Below are positions 1-11,523 of a stretch of DNA of 64,000 nt, piece by piece (the first letter of the stretch is position 1; each line of letters begins with the position of its first letter). The position numbers and the translations under genes are program-made. This stretch comes from Lepidodermella squamata (taxonomy: Eukaryota > Animalia > Gastrotricha). The stretch spans positions 186,001 to 250,000 of the forward strand of contig JBLDXI010000060.1 of assembly GCA_047495785.1 (NCBI GenBank), written 5' to 3'. Under the pieces are notes generated by a model. The model did not search any database. It was not told where the DNA came from and worked only from the letters and a program-made list of their open reading frames with translations.

Positions 1-347
1 GATAAATTGACGAAATAATGCCCTAGTTTTTGCCGAATTTGACCTTAAGCCCGGCAAAATCGGACGAAAATGAAGTCGCTTATAGCGAGAAGCCGTTAAT
101 TTGACAACATGTTTTCAGCGATCCCAATTACTAGGAAAGTTCCTGTTTAACAGTATACACACTCAGATGCATAATTAATGATTAGGCGTAAGTACGGGTA
201 ATAGCTCAGCTGGATACACGATTTGCTGTCAATTATTTGCTCAGTCATTTTTTGCCCTTTTAGAAGAATTCGGCAGAAAATTTAAGGAAAGCTACTTTGC
301 AAGATTTTACCAATTAAACAGACTTTTTCTTGTTTTTTTTTATTACC

Positions 348-1573
348 ATGTTGCTGCGACTGGTGATAAGTCTATTACCGCTGGTAGCTGAAGGCTATTT
401 ACCACCTGAAGAAGCTTTGCGGATTGCTTTAATTGATAATTGCAGTATCAGAGCAGATGCGAGGCCTGTGTTGAACGCAGAAGATCCTGTGAGAGCTACG
501 TCAACACTGGATGCACTTTCCTTCCGCGGAATTAACGACCGCGATCAAACGTCAGTTCACAATTTTCGCCAACAAACTCGTTACCTATATCCAAATTGAT
601 TGATTCAGATTTACTGTTTTTGCGAGCTTGAACATGAACTGGAAGCATGTTTGCGTCGAATCGTTCAACTGGTCGAGCAAACCAGAGTTTGCTGGAATAT
701 CAAGACTCGATGAAAAAAGCGACAATGTGTGGTTGCCGCCTCTTCTCCTAATTAATGCAGCTGGCGATTTTGACATACCAAGATTCAGCCCCATGTCGAT
801 GTACTACCCAAGCGGAACGGTATCAAACATATTCACTGGATATTTCACCAGCTTTTGTGAAATTGAGTAAGGATTTGATTTACATAGATTTACGGGCTAA
901 TAATGAGTTGCACAGCTTTTACAAGTTCCCATTTGATACCCAAACTTGCGGATTCATAATCGAGCCGTACATTGAAACAACCCTTTTCGACGTGATCTTA
1001 GACCCAGATTCGACAAGCTTGATTCATCTTAATCCGCTGACATTCAATAGACAAAGCAATATGTGGCAATTCGTCATGGCTAGTGCCTCGAACAAAAGTG
1101 TGACCTACCCAGGCTACGACAACATTGCATGGTCACACCTTGCGTTTTCCTTCACCTTCAAACGCCGATACGAGTACTATGCAAGTTCGATTTTCCTACC
1201 ATCTTTTGCCCTGTTGCTTCTTCAAGCTCTCGCCGGCCTTCTACCACCTGCAGAACCGGAGAGGTCTTCGTTCAACATGACGGTCGTCCTGGCCTTCAGC
1301 GTTCTTCAGTCGATGGTTTACGACAAAATCCCTCAAACTTCTAACACTCCTTTGATAGTCTATTTCATCCTAACTCAACTCGGGACCAGTGTGATGTTCT
1401 GCTGCTATAGTCTAACCGCGTGTTTCTTGGCCCACATTTTATGTGGCAGGGAATGTTTTGTCTTCAGATACCACGTTAGCCTAGTAAGGTTGATTGACTT
1501 TATAACACATGCCTTTTTACTGTTTACGAATATTGCTATCAACATTACGTTAATGTGCCTCATGACCTCGTGA
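348..1573 (+). CDS. Cys-loop ligand-gated ion channel subunit (nAChR-like, non-alpha), 3 exons (~348-550, 609-866, 916-1573)
   Basis: Signal peptide MLLRLVISLLPLVAEG, RP motif, loop A VWLPPLLLIN. Splicing GA|gtaagg...cacag|C rebuilds the Cys-loop C-EIDFYKFPFDTQT-C. Four TM helices with PERSSFNMTVVLAFSV as M2, very short M3-M4 loop, no vicinal Cys in loop C. Confidence 0.88.
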
Positions 1574-1659
1574 AGCCGCAGCTGATAAGATAAGGATGAA
1601 AAATGTATCTCTATCCCATACAAAATGCAGTGGGGTTGAAGGTCGGAATAAAATTCAAA

Positions 1660-2066
1660 ATGCTTGTGAGCCCGGAAACTTCCCTGCTTGTCCTAGCCCT
1701 GGTTCAAACTTCATGTGAGTTGATCAAGAATTTTTTCTGGTTTCAGATGCTGAACTATTGATTTTTGAAGATGCTATTCAGTGCTGGGAAGGTATCGGAA
1801 ATTATACGACAGCTGACGATTGCGACTGGTGCGTGAAAGCAGTGCCGCATTACAGAGATGCTCATATTTGCAAGCAATGCGTGACTGAAGACGAAGTTCC
1901 GCCCTTCACTTTTGTAAACTGCGACGACGTTCTGTTTGAAGGCTACGTCGCCGAAGTTTGCTACTGCAACGACAAGGACTTTTGTAACTACGCTGGACAC
2001 TTGGAACATCCGCAATTTTTTGTTATTTTCTCATCATTATTTACGCTATTTTACAATAAAATTTGA
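1660..2066 (+). CDS. Ly6/uPAR three-finger (quiver-like) GPI-anchored protein
   Basis: Signal-peptide exon from ATG 1660 with gtgagt donor; exon 2 IQCWEG...CDWC...CKQC...C...VCYCNDKDFCN, then a hydrophobic GPI-type tail. Confidence 0.8.
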
Positions 2067-3355
2067 ATGAACCCGTCCTAAAAATAAGTAAGGACAACTA
2101 ATTTGGTACATGCAGTGTAAGGCAGTTTCGGTACGAGTGCGGATTCGCAATGTTATTCAGCATTGGATACTTGAGATGGAAAAATATCACGTTTCATAGA
2201 ATTAATTTAATTTTCTGTGATGTCTCAAGTTCAAGTTCGTGCTGATGCGGTCTTGCAGTTTTAAGTAATACTTCGACTCTATGCCGCGGTTAATTCAGCG
2301 TTTTTGTTATTCAGAGTGAGCTCAAATCGAATTACTAGTGTTAGTATTGCCATTATTACGGTCATGTGATTTTGTTATCGCCTTTAATCTAATAAGATTT
2401 ATTTCCTCCGCGCTTTATTTAGGTCATCGCCTTTCACTCTATGTATATGTGCGGCCGTATGTGTCGTGTATAGTACTCACGTCTCATCCGGAATATAGCA
2501 GATAAAAAAGAGCCTTAATCGTCGTGTAAATTTATGCCTCCCTTGAGGTTGGCCCGTAAAATTCACTATTTGCTTGTTGGATAAAGCTGTAATATTAAAT
2601 CACCAATATTTTGTCGTGCTCTAATAATTTCTTAGAAATGTGAGGATGATTATTTTTTTATCCATCATTTACTGCTTAATCGGCTTAACAAGTGAGTTTT
2701 TGAAAATTTAGATTTTTCAGCTGAACAATCTCAAACAAAATTCTCGTAGTGTTCTTCACGTTCCAAGTTAGGAAATAAGGTTTCTTTAGAACAAAGATTC
2801 GTTTCTTGTGCTTCCCGATTATTTGGATGGAAAGTTCGTTCATTAAATATAGCATCCGTAGTTTATTTTCGCTGATCATAGTACCCGAAGGAATGGCTCA
2901 CCTCATAGCATAAACTCAGCTTTCAGCGGAACTAATGAGCCTACTTAAATTGAGCTCCAGTCTCCAGTCTTTGAGAAAAATATATCGTTGAAAAGAGGTA
3001 GACTGGTTTTACTATAAATAGATTACTCTAGTTTTAGCCAAAGAAGAAATTTCCTTAATTTTTGTCAAACTGGCAATTGACTTAGATGTATTTTCCTGAT
3101 ATTAGCCCCGGTGACGGAAATTTCACCCAGAGTATGGCATTTTAATAGACCAATTACATACCAGGGTTAGCAAGGGTGTTGGGGTCAGTGTTTACAGTAT
3201 TTTCAGATCAGAAATCAAATTTTAATTAGTAGCCTAAGTTTTAAATTCCATAGAGCAGATGGTAAGTCCAGGAACCTGTAGGCTGTAGGACAACAAACAT
3301 GAGCCGAAAAATCAATAACTGTTTTCTACATTTAATGATTATTTTTTACTTGCAG

Positions 3356-3654
3356 CATCGCTTCAGTGTTACAAAGGCACGAACAATTTCCAGGCGTTAA
3401 CCGAGTGCGAAATGTGCGCGAGGTGGCAACCGGTCGAGAATGACACGGTCGTTAACAAGGACTGCATAAAAGACGCGGCTGCCAGCATCCGCGTCGGCTG
3501 TGCCCCGGTCGTGGTCGCCGGCATCCTTTCCGACGTCTGCTTCTGCGACGATCGCGATCTTTGCAATGCAGCGGAAAGGCCTGGTGCCTCGATACCTGTT
3601 AATGCAATTGTTGTCTTATCATCGTTGCTAGGATTGCCGTATTCACCTGTCTGA
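3356..3654 (+). CDS. Ly6/three-finger protein, main exon (5' end unresolved)
   Basis: ttgcag acceptor then SLQCYKG...CEMC...KDC...GC...VCFCDDRDLCN and a hydrophobic tail; same Cys spacing as the other Ly6 genes here. Confidence 0.75.
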
Positions 3655-3928
3655 TCAAATAAATGAACAATAGCACCAATATTTTGAATTGTTCAGGACT
3701 ATAGCGTCGAAAATCACTCTGGTTGTTTAGAGATGCTAGGGCGAACTATCTTTATTAGTGAAAAACTCGTGCAGTTGAATAATATTCATTCAAAAATACT
3801 CAATAGCATTTCCATATTATTTTCGGCAAAATTTGAAGCATTGGAAAGAACTGTGACCGCAAGCATTTAAGTCTTTTAGACATCTAATGTCTTCATGATA
3901 TTGAATCCTTGAAAAACCGATCTTTCCT

Positions 3929-4147
3929 TCATGGAGCAGGAGCAACCATAGCCAAAGCTTGCAGCCCTGCAAAAATTGAACCTGCCGTAACGCTCCCGAC
4001 ATAGGCCTGGGCTCCCGCAGCCAATGAACCGGCTACAGGTCCGAGAGCACTGAATCCGAGCCATCCTGCTACTACAGGGGCTCCAATAGGGCTCACGGAG
4101 ATGGCAGTTCCAATGCTGGTAACAACAAGCCACGAAACAAATCCCAT
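3929..4147 (-). CDS. IFI6/IFI27 (ISG12)-like small Gly/Ala-rich membrane protein
   Basis: 72 aa; LGFSALGPVAGSLAAGAQAYVGSVTAGSIFAGLQALAM matches the ISG12-type pattern GF..G..AGS.AA...G.V.AGS.FA.LQ. Confidence 0.75.
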   Translation of the reverse strand: MGFVSWLVVTSIGTAISVSPIGAPVVAGWLGFSALGPVAGSLAAGAQAYVGSVTAGSIFAGLQALAMVAPAP

Positions 4148-5520
4148 TTTATCAAAGAATAAAGTAGATGTTCTAGAAAAAAATCGAGAATTGAAGGGAA
4201 GATGAAGATTTTTAAGTTGGTATTCAGAAACAGAAAAGAGACCGTCCTCAAGAAAAGCGCAATCGAAAGAGCAGACTCGTTAAAACAAATCGTCATATAA
4301 AAGCAATGCACAACTTTGCTAGTCGGCGTGCACAAGGTTATTATCTAATCACAAGGTGCCAAAATCCCACTATGTTACAATTATGATTCATCTTTAATTT
4401 TGTAATTGCGATAATGTATTTTTAGCTGGAATGACACAGGCATAGACTGAAATCTTATCAGATTTATGAACGCAGTCGCCTTTCGTTCGCGCCAACTCTG
4501 TGACTCACATTGTGTGAAGATTCCGCAAGTCTTTTTGAAACCAGATGCCAAATTGCAGAGAGTTCAAAGCTAATCCAAGAACTTTGGCTATAACTGCAGG
4601 GTGCGATCATGGATCCAGGAACTGTTGAAGAAATGAAAAATGCAGTTCTCCATGTTCCTCAAAATTACTTGTAATTCCCGCTGAAAATGGTTCAAACTTT
4701 TCAAAATTGACTGAATAGCGGGATAGATTTCCGTTCAGATTTCCAATAAATTGCAGGGTGTTCGATTTAAGTTTGAAAATGAAGATACTACCTTTGACCT
4801 TTGATAATGAGTTGATAACACCTCTTGGAAGTTTGATTTCAAACATTTTCATTTTCTTCCATTTTTGTAAAATCCATGACCCAAGACTCAGGGTTAAACA
4901 ACGGTTTAGCGATAGCGAATCGGTAGAACATCGAGCAAATAGGCACTAGGCACTATTTACTTACCATGGAGAACGTTCTCTAAGGTACTTACAGATTTCA
5001 CACATTTTTTGGTTGTATGCGCGTCACTTTTCCGCTTAAAAATTCCATTACAAGAATTTAATATTTTATCAAGATACGGGATTACGCGCAAACCTATACC
5101 CTGCCGGAGCAGGGCTTTAAGACAACATTGCAACACATGGAATCAGATAGTAGCAGGGCTCTCTCTAAGTAACTCTTGGAAGCACAAGGAATTTTTGCCA
5201 AACGAAATACCCGCCAATGACCGCATTTCCATCCCATCAGCGTCTTGCCCCATCCCTGTCCACTAAGCTCTTCCTTATCGCCGCTACAAATTGCCGCAGC
5301 CACCCTAAAATAATCATTTATCACACCTTCCGTAGTCCACTGTTAAGGATTATCCTCTTACGGCATGTTTATTTTGAGGGGGCCGTCGTTTTTGCGGAAA
5401 TTGCCATCAGAAGTTAACAGCAGGCTGTAAAAAATTAGCATCGCGATAATTTCTGTTTGACGTAATACCCACAGAGCCATTTTTGTGCCGATAGCTAACA
5501 GGAGCGAATTATTGATAAGT

Positions 5521-7224
5521 ATGTCTGTGCCAAAAATTGTGGAAAAGGATGGCGAATTGACGACAGATCACTACAGAAAAAGGCACGCTGTTTCAGGTGA
5601 CAGGAGAGCAGATTCATACTCAGAAAAGTCGGATGTTGCTGATCAACCAGGGAAAAGAAAGCGACGGGGCGAACCTGAGGACCAGTCGCCAGCCTCCAAG
5701 AATTCCAAACTTGACGAGCCAGAGCTTTTCGTTCGAAGTAATCAAGCGAACAGAGAAGCCACTGCAAGTTCAAAGCAATCAAACATTGAAGCTGCGACTA
5801 GTCGCCAAGCAGACAGGAAGCCTTCTTCACAACCTGAAGACCAGGACTCCAAAGTGCTTTTCTTCGCAGAGCATCACTTGCAGGTCGACATTTTCGTTAC
5901 AGGCGAAGACGTCCGCGGCCGAATCAGCAACAAGAACGCAACCTACTCCGATGCTTTTCTCCAGCAGCTTCGAGATGATTTGAATGCAACGAAGTCTAAA
6001 TTGGACAAGTACTACATTGATGGTGAGCGAGAAAACCGGGCTAAATGGGCTTGGAATAAATTTCAAGGTATCTCCGATGTTTACCGCGATCTTCGATTTC
6101 GCATCCAGAAAGAATTCAACGGGCAAATTGTGACAAATGCTTGGATGAAGTACTTTGAAATCATCAGGCACTATGGGCTGATACCCTCTGATTGGCGGGT
6201 TTATGATGAAACCAGGCACAACCATCGTCATGAAGACCAGGACGATGATGGCAGGGTGTTTACAGCGTTCTTCAACGCAGAACTGCCTGGAGCAGCTGTT
6301 TGCGCTTTCAACCACTACATGAAGACGCGAGCTCGAAGACTTCCTTTCGAATGGTGGGCGTCCAGTTTAGCCCCGGATGTGGACGAGGCGAGTGAATCCC
6401 TCAATAACAACTGCCTTGGCGATCAATACGGGTTGTATGAACGCAACAAAGACCGCTGGCTTATGGAGATTGGAAATTCTCCAGCCGAGCGGAACAACGG
6501 CGATGCTACAGTCCTAAAGAACCTTCTGGATTTCGAGGCCAAAATCGGGCCACCATCTGCCGTTCGCGGGGTGGATTTCTACAGCCATGATGCCGGTATT
6601 GATGTAAGTGAGGGGCAAGAGGGCGAACTTGGCTTCAACCAGCAGGAGCTAGCAAACGCCAAGATTCATCTCGGCTGTGCTCTAGCTGGATTTCTGACGC
6701 TGAAAAAGGGCGGCACTTTCATCGCGAAACAGTACACCTTTTTCGAGACATTCACCTGGAATCTGATCTTGATCTACGCGTCCCTGTTTCGCGAGTTCAA
6801 AATCTGTAAACCGCTCACGTCCCGGCCGAGAAACAGTGAAATCTACCTCGTTGGTAAGGGATTCAAAGGCCTGCCAAATGAAGTTCGAGACGTTTTAACT
6901 GAACGGCTAGAAAACTTCACCACAGATCCATTTATTTCGGAGAAGGACGTCGAAGCCAATTTTTCGCAGCCGTTTGCCTGCATTCAGCGATTCGCAGATC
7001 GAGTTTTCCGAAAACAGCAAATTCGGTGTATCGAGTCAAACATCGCCCTATACGAGGCTAATCGCTGGGATTTGCGGGATTTGGAGCAAAAGGTCGGCGA
7101 GGTTAAGACGGAACGTGTCGATAAATGGATCAACGACTACGAAATCAAGCCTCTCGCTGATACGGAGAAAAACTGGATTCCAAGTCTACAGCAGGATAGA
7201 AAATTCGCCTACCGTAGAAAATAA
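5521..7224 (+). CDS. FtsJ/RrmJ-like RNA (cap) 2'-O-methyltransferase, asfarvirus pEP424R-like; copy A1, intact, CDS without introns
   Basis: Motifs NGQIVTNAWMK, AFFNAELPG, WWASSL, DQYGLY..N.DRWLM, NNGD, YSHDAGID, GGTFIAKQYT, KPLTSRPRNSEIYLVGK give a full K-D-K-E tetrad. Low-complexity N-terminus with GKRKRR. First ATG is at 5521. Confidence 0.88.
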   Translation: MSVPKIVEKDGELTTDHYRKRHAVSGDRRADSYSEKSDVADQPGKRKRRGEPEDQSPASKNSKLDEPELFVRSNQANREATASSKQSNIEAATSRQADRKPSSQPEDQDSKVLFFAEHHLQVDIFVTGEDVRGRISNKNATYSDAFLQQLRDDLNATKSKLDKYYIDGERENRAKWAWNKFQGISDVYRDLRFRIQKEFNGQIVTNAWMKYFEIIRHYGLIPSDWRVYDETRHNHRHEDQDDDGRVFTAFFNAELPGAAVCAFNHYMKTRARRLPFEWWASSLAPDVDEASESLNNNCLGDQYGLYERNKDRWLMEIGNSPAERNNGDATVLKNLLDFEAKIGPPSAVRGVDFYSHDAGIDVSEGQEGELGFNQQELANAKIHLGCALAGFLTLKKGGTFIAKQYTFFETFTWNLILIYASLFREFKICKPLTSRPRNSEIYLVGKGFKGLPNEVRDVLTERLENFTTDPFISEKDVEANFSQPFACIQRFADRVFRKQQIRCIESNIALYEANRWDLRDLEQKVGEVKTERVDKWINDYEIKPLADTEKNWIPSLQQDRKFAYRRK

Positions 7225-7292
7225 TCAATCGAAATAAAACCTGAGCATTAAATTACTGTTATTTGATTTAGACAATTTAATAAAGCTGAAAT

Positions 7293-8562
7293 ATGGATTT
7301 GGATATGGTTGATAATTTCGAGGAAGTCAAACTTCCTAAAATTGATGTTAGAGATATTGAGCGTTACTTGGACCTGGACACGGGTAGATACGACGAGCCT
7401 GGTTTGATGGATCTGAGAGGAGTTCTGATGCCACTTCGTGAAAGATGTTACGTCGATAACCGCGAATTCAGTCAAGAAACAGACCTGCTGCACGGCTTAA
7501 AGCCGCATATTGAGTCTCGATTCAATGGCCAAGCCGTAACAAATGGATGGTTGAAGTTCTACGAGGTCACAGGCCACTACAATCTGATTCAGCGTAGTCG
7601 GGAGGATCGCTTTATTGCTTTCCACAATGCAGCTTTGATAGGTTTTCAGTAAAATATACAGAACTCTGCACGGATTAAATGTTTCTTCTACAGGAGGTGC
7701 TTTAAGCGCTTATAACCATATGGTTAAAACTAAACCTCTGAAAGAGAGAGCAGGCTATGATTGGTATGCCTCCGACTTGATGGAGGAAACCAGACGCATG
7801 GACTGTTACAGGTTCTACCGCAGTAACGTCGGGAAATGGTTGTTTTCGAATCGAAACGACGGCGATTGTCGCAAGGTTTCCACTGTCCGAGATTTCGAAA
7901 GCCGAATCGGCCCTAAATCACAAGTAGGTGGTGTTGACCTGTGCTACCATGACTGCGCAACAAATGCCTCATCCGACCCTGAGTACGATCAGGAAAGAGT
8001 CGATGCGCAAGCTCATCTTGGATGTGCCCTGTCTGCGTTTCTAACTCTGAGAGATGGAGGGTCATTTGTAGCAGCCCAGTTCACCTACTTCCAAACGTTG
8101 ACTTGGAATTTGATCCTTATCTACGCAGCGCTTTTCGATGAATTTTACTTGTGCAAGCCAGTTGCGTCTCGCTCAAGGAATAGCGAGGTCTACTTTGTCG
8201 GAAAAGGTTACAAGAAAATGCCTAAATGGCTTGAAGACAAATTGATGTGCCGCTTGGAGAAGTTCACGTTAACGCCGATTCTAGCAAAACAGGTGTTGGA
8301 TGATAAAGGAGAAATCGGTCGCGCTATCAAGCTAATCGTCGAATTTTGCCACAAAATTTCCGGCCGACAAATGGTAGTTCTACGCCGCAATCGTGAGCTT
8401 TACGATACTAATTGCAGTGATCTTCGATCGCTGATGCGTGAGCCTGCGGAAACAAGCAAGAATCAGTGGTTAGCTAGCAACCTTGTTGCCCGTCTTGACG
8501 ATGCCAACTGGCTCCCGCCTGGTAAAATTCCCCAGCAGCGTGGTCGAAATTATCGATTTTAG
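7293..8562 (+). CDS. FtsJ-like methyltransferase paralog B1 (catalytic Lys lost), 2 exons 7293-7641 and 7694-8562
   Basis: A 52-bp GT-AG intron (7642-7693) joins ORFs 7293 and 7720 in frame (AALIG|GALSAYNHM). Motifs TNGWLK, YHDCAT, FVAAQFT (K to A), NSEVY. Confidence 0.85.
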
Positions 8563-8701
8563 ACCATGCCACACCATCTTCGCAATAAGACGCAATTTCG
8601 TGACGTCAACTAAATGATGTTATCCGATTTCGAATATAAACCGAGAATAGGCTTCTATTTCGTTCATCCCTGCTCTCTTTAAATATTTTTAGGTATCAAT
8701 T

Positions 8702-9994
8702 ATGGCTGACACCTTCAGGGAAGTGAGACTTCCGCCAATCGAACTTGAGGCTATCAGGCATTTTTTAGCTGCTGATGGCGAGCAGGATTACAATGAGCCT
8801 CAACTATTCGCCCTGCGGGCCCCGTTGATGCAAACGAGGAAGGATTTTTACATCGATAATTTCAGATTCAACGTAGTAATTGATCCCTTACATCAAGCTA
8901 GGCTCACCATCAAGCAGAATTATCGCGGTCAAAATGTGACAAATGGGTGGATGAAATTCTACGAAGTCGCGAGTCACTTCGATCTGGTGAACTGTGTTGG
9001 CAACAAGTTCCTTGCATTTCACAACGCAGCATTTCCAGGTTTGAAGTTTGAACATTGGAGCTAATTCTTGGATTTTTATCACAAAAATTGTGCACCAGGC
9101 GGAGCTTTGAGTGCTTACAACCATATGATTAAGACTGAGCCCGATCGCGAAAAGTATGAGTGGTTCGCGTCAGATATGTGGAGTCAAATCGTTGACCCTG
9201 ATGAAACAGAGCCAACAGATGAATACGGATTTTACAGAAAGAATAGAGATAAGTGGCTAATGTCAAGTTCGAACAGTGGCGACTGTAGGTTTGTCGAGAC
9301 AGTTCGCGGATTCCAAAAGGCTATTGGACCTAGGTCAGAGCATGGCGGTGTTGATTTTTGCTACCACGATGCCTCCACTAACGTTGCGGGGAATGAGGAT
9401 TATGACCACGAGACAGTAGACGCCCACGCCCATCTCGGATGCGCACTGGCTGCGTTTCTTACGCTTAAGGAGGGTGGCTCTTTCGCGGCTGCGCAGTTCA
9501 CGTGCTTCCAAACGATGACGTGGAACCTGATCCTCATTTACTCAGCCTTATTCGAAGAGTTTTATGTCTGCAAACCAGTTTCTTCTCGGTCGAAAAACAG
9601 CGAAGTTTATTTGGTTGGCAAAAAATTCAAGGGGCTTCCTCCATGGCTGGAGGACGTTTTGATGCAGCGTTTGATGCAGCCACTGAGCGACTTTTCGATG
9701 AAGCCCATATTGAAGAAAGATGTATTAGACGACAAAGATGGTTATATTGGAGAATCCATCGAGAAGATCATGGGTTTCTACTCAAACGTAGCTAAAACGC
9801 AGATTGAAGTTTTACACCGAAACCAAAAGCTTTACGAAAAGTATGAACAGGCAGGCTTAGATGCTTTGGGCCCGGATCTTCTAAATTCATTTGCAAATTT
9901 ATCGAATCAATGGATTCAGGAAAATAAGCCACGCGATTTGGCGTATTCCGATCGGCTACCTCACATCCCATTTCGCAAGCCACCAAACCACTAA
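8702..9994 (+). CDS. FtsJ-like methyltransferase paralog C1 (catalytic Lys lost), 2 exons 8702-9038 and 9099-9994
   Basis: 60-bp GT-AG intron 9039-9098 at the same codon and phase as in B; it contains an in-frame stop. Motifs TNGWMK, YHDAST, FAAAQFT, NSEVY. Confidence 0.85.
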
Positions 9995-10349
9995 TACCTA
10001 ATAATAATTAACGACAATTATTCGCTTTATTATTCCAAGCTAAAAAAGAAGTCGATTCGTTGAGGGAATTTATTTGTGAGTAATAACTCATCTACTTATT
10101 CATATTTCTCAATCAAACTTCTAATTCGTTTAAATCACAAAGTGATGCAAAACATGTTTATGATTGCACGTGGTGCCAAAATAAACTACGATCTTGACGC
10201 TGAGATTTAACTCACATGACTTATGCAGCCATATTATTGATAAAAGCGTTGAAACTGACATTTATTCGCTCGCAGATCCGGCGTTTTGCACCCCATATTT
10301 CGGCAGATGAATTCCGAGTAATATAACAAAGCATCATAATGACGCGTGA

Positions 10350-10685
10350 AGCCTAACCAGTACGCCTAATGTCTAGTCGAAGGAGACGTCGATTCAAAGA
10401 AATTGAACAGTAGCAATTACTTCGTAAAAAAAATGCTAAGTCTTGTAATGGCTGTAGCATAACCTCTATAGTGGTTAATAAGCAAATTTTCCAATCGTTC
10501 CTGGTCTGTATTTGCTTTCGTCAATGCATGAAGCAAGCTGAAACCTGTAATCAGCGACATGACAAGGCTGGGAACAGCCACCGCGATTTGCTGATTGATG
10601 GGATTGCCATCTAGCACTGCGAGTATGAAAACCGAAGCTAAGAGTACTGTGTACTGATGCATTATTGGCAAGTATGGGCAAGTAC
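10350..10685 (-). pseudogene. Truncated duplicate of the 3' end (TM6-TM7 and 3'UTR) of the class C GPCR at 25730-28196
   Basis: FILAVLDGNPINQQIAVAV..LLHALTKANTDQE matches the GPCR C-terminus; UTR string gtctagtcgaagg.gacgtcgattcaaagaaattgaacagta is shared with ~25627. Confidence 0.9.
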
Positions 10686-10900
10686 GCTGGTTTTACCGCT
10701 GGTTCAGCCAGACGGTAGTTGGTTTTTTATAGGTGGACCAGTATCCTCCTTGACGTGTATTATTTTTTTGTAAGGAGTACGCGAAGGACGCACAGACTCA
10801 TATCCTCCTTACAAAAAAATAATACACGTCAAGGAGGATACTGGTCCACCTATAAAAAACCAACTAACGTCTGGCTGAACCAGCGGTAAAACCAGCGTAC
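10682..10900. mobile_element. Hairpin MITE, 96-bp inverted arms with 27-nt spacer, possible TA target duplication (Tc1/mariner-type)
   Basis: 10682-10777 is the reverse complement of 10805-10900 with one mismatch; TA|cgctgg...ccagcg|TA. Confidence 0.8.
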
Positions 10901-11023
10901 GCGCAGCCTGAGGCACGCGTCCGGCTCCTTATGAGTTGATTAATCTTGATTAATCACCAAATCTGATTTAGCCACGATTTTCGATTTTCGCACCGTCGCA
11001 TCAGTGTTTTATGCTACTGCCGC

Positions 11024-11523
11024 AGAAAATAATTTTTACGTGAATCTCAAGTTTTGAGAAGCGAGTGCGCGCGCTCATAAACTGGCGCGCAAAATCTAAG
11101 GTGCGCGTAAAACTTTTTTAGTTTAATTTTTTCGCGCGAGAACCCCATATTCAATCGATAGAGAATTGTCTGAATTATTTTTTGGTATAAAAACCGCCGA
11201 GATATTCAAAAGTAACCCTTTAGCATCTTCGCGCGCGGTATTAAATATGTTAAAAATCAATGAAACTGATGCGCGTGAGCCAAGTTCTGATTTTTAACAA
11301 ATTTGTTACCGTGCGCGAAGATGCTAAAGGGTTACTTTTGAATATCTCGGCGGTTTTTATACCAAAAAATAATTCAGACAATTCTCTATCGATTGAATAT
11401 GGGGTTCTCGCGCGAAAAAATTAAACTAAAAAAGTTTTACGCGCACCTTAGATTTTGCGCGCCAGTTTATGAGCGCGCGCACTCGCTTCTCAAAACTTGA
11501 GATTCACGTAAAAATTATTTTCT
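11024..11523. repeat. 500-bp palindrome (foldback), ~217-bp near-perfect arms
   Basis: agaaaataatttttacgtg...cgcgcggta is mirrored by taccgtgcgcg...cacgtaaaaattattttct; related sub-repeats continue to ~11960. Confidence 0.9.

Noticed and set aside
197-225. tRNA A-box-like string gggtaatagctcagctgg
   Set aside because: No anticodon arm or B-box follows.
5827-6315. Recurrent antisense ORF (also 13222-13710 and 22051-22491)
   Set aside because: Shadow of the duplicated methyltransferase CDS.
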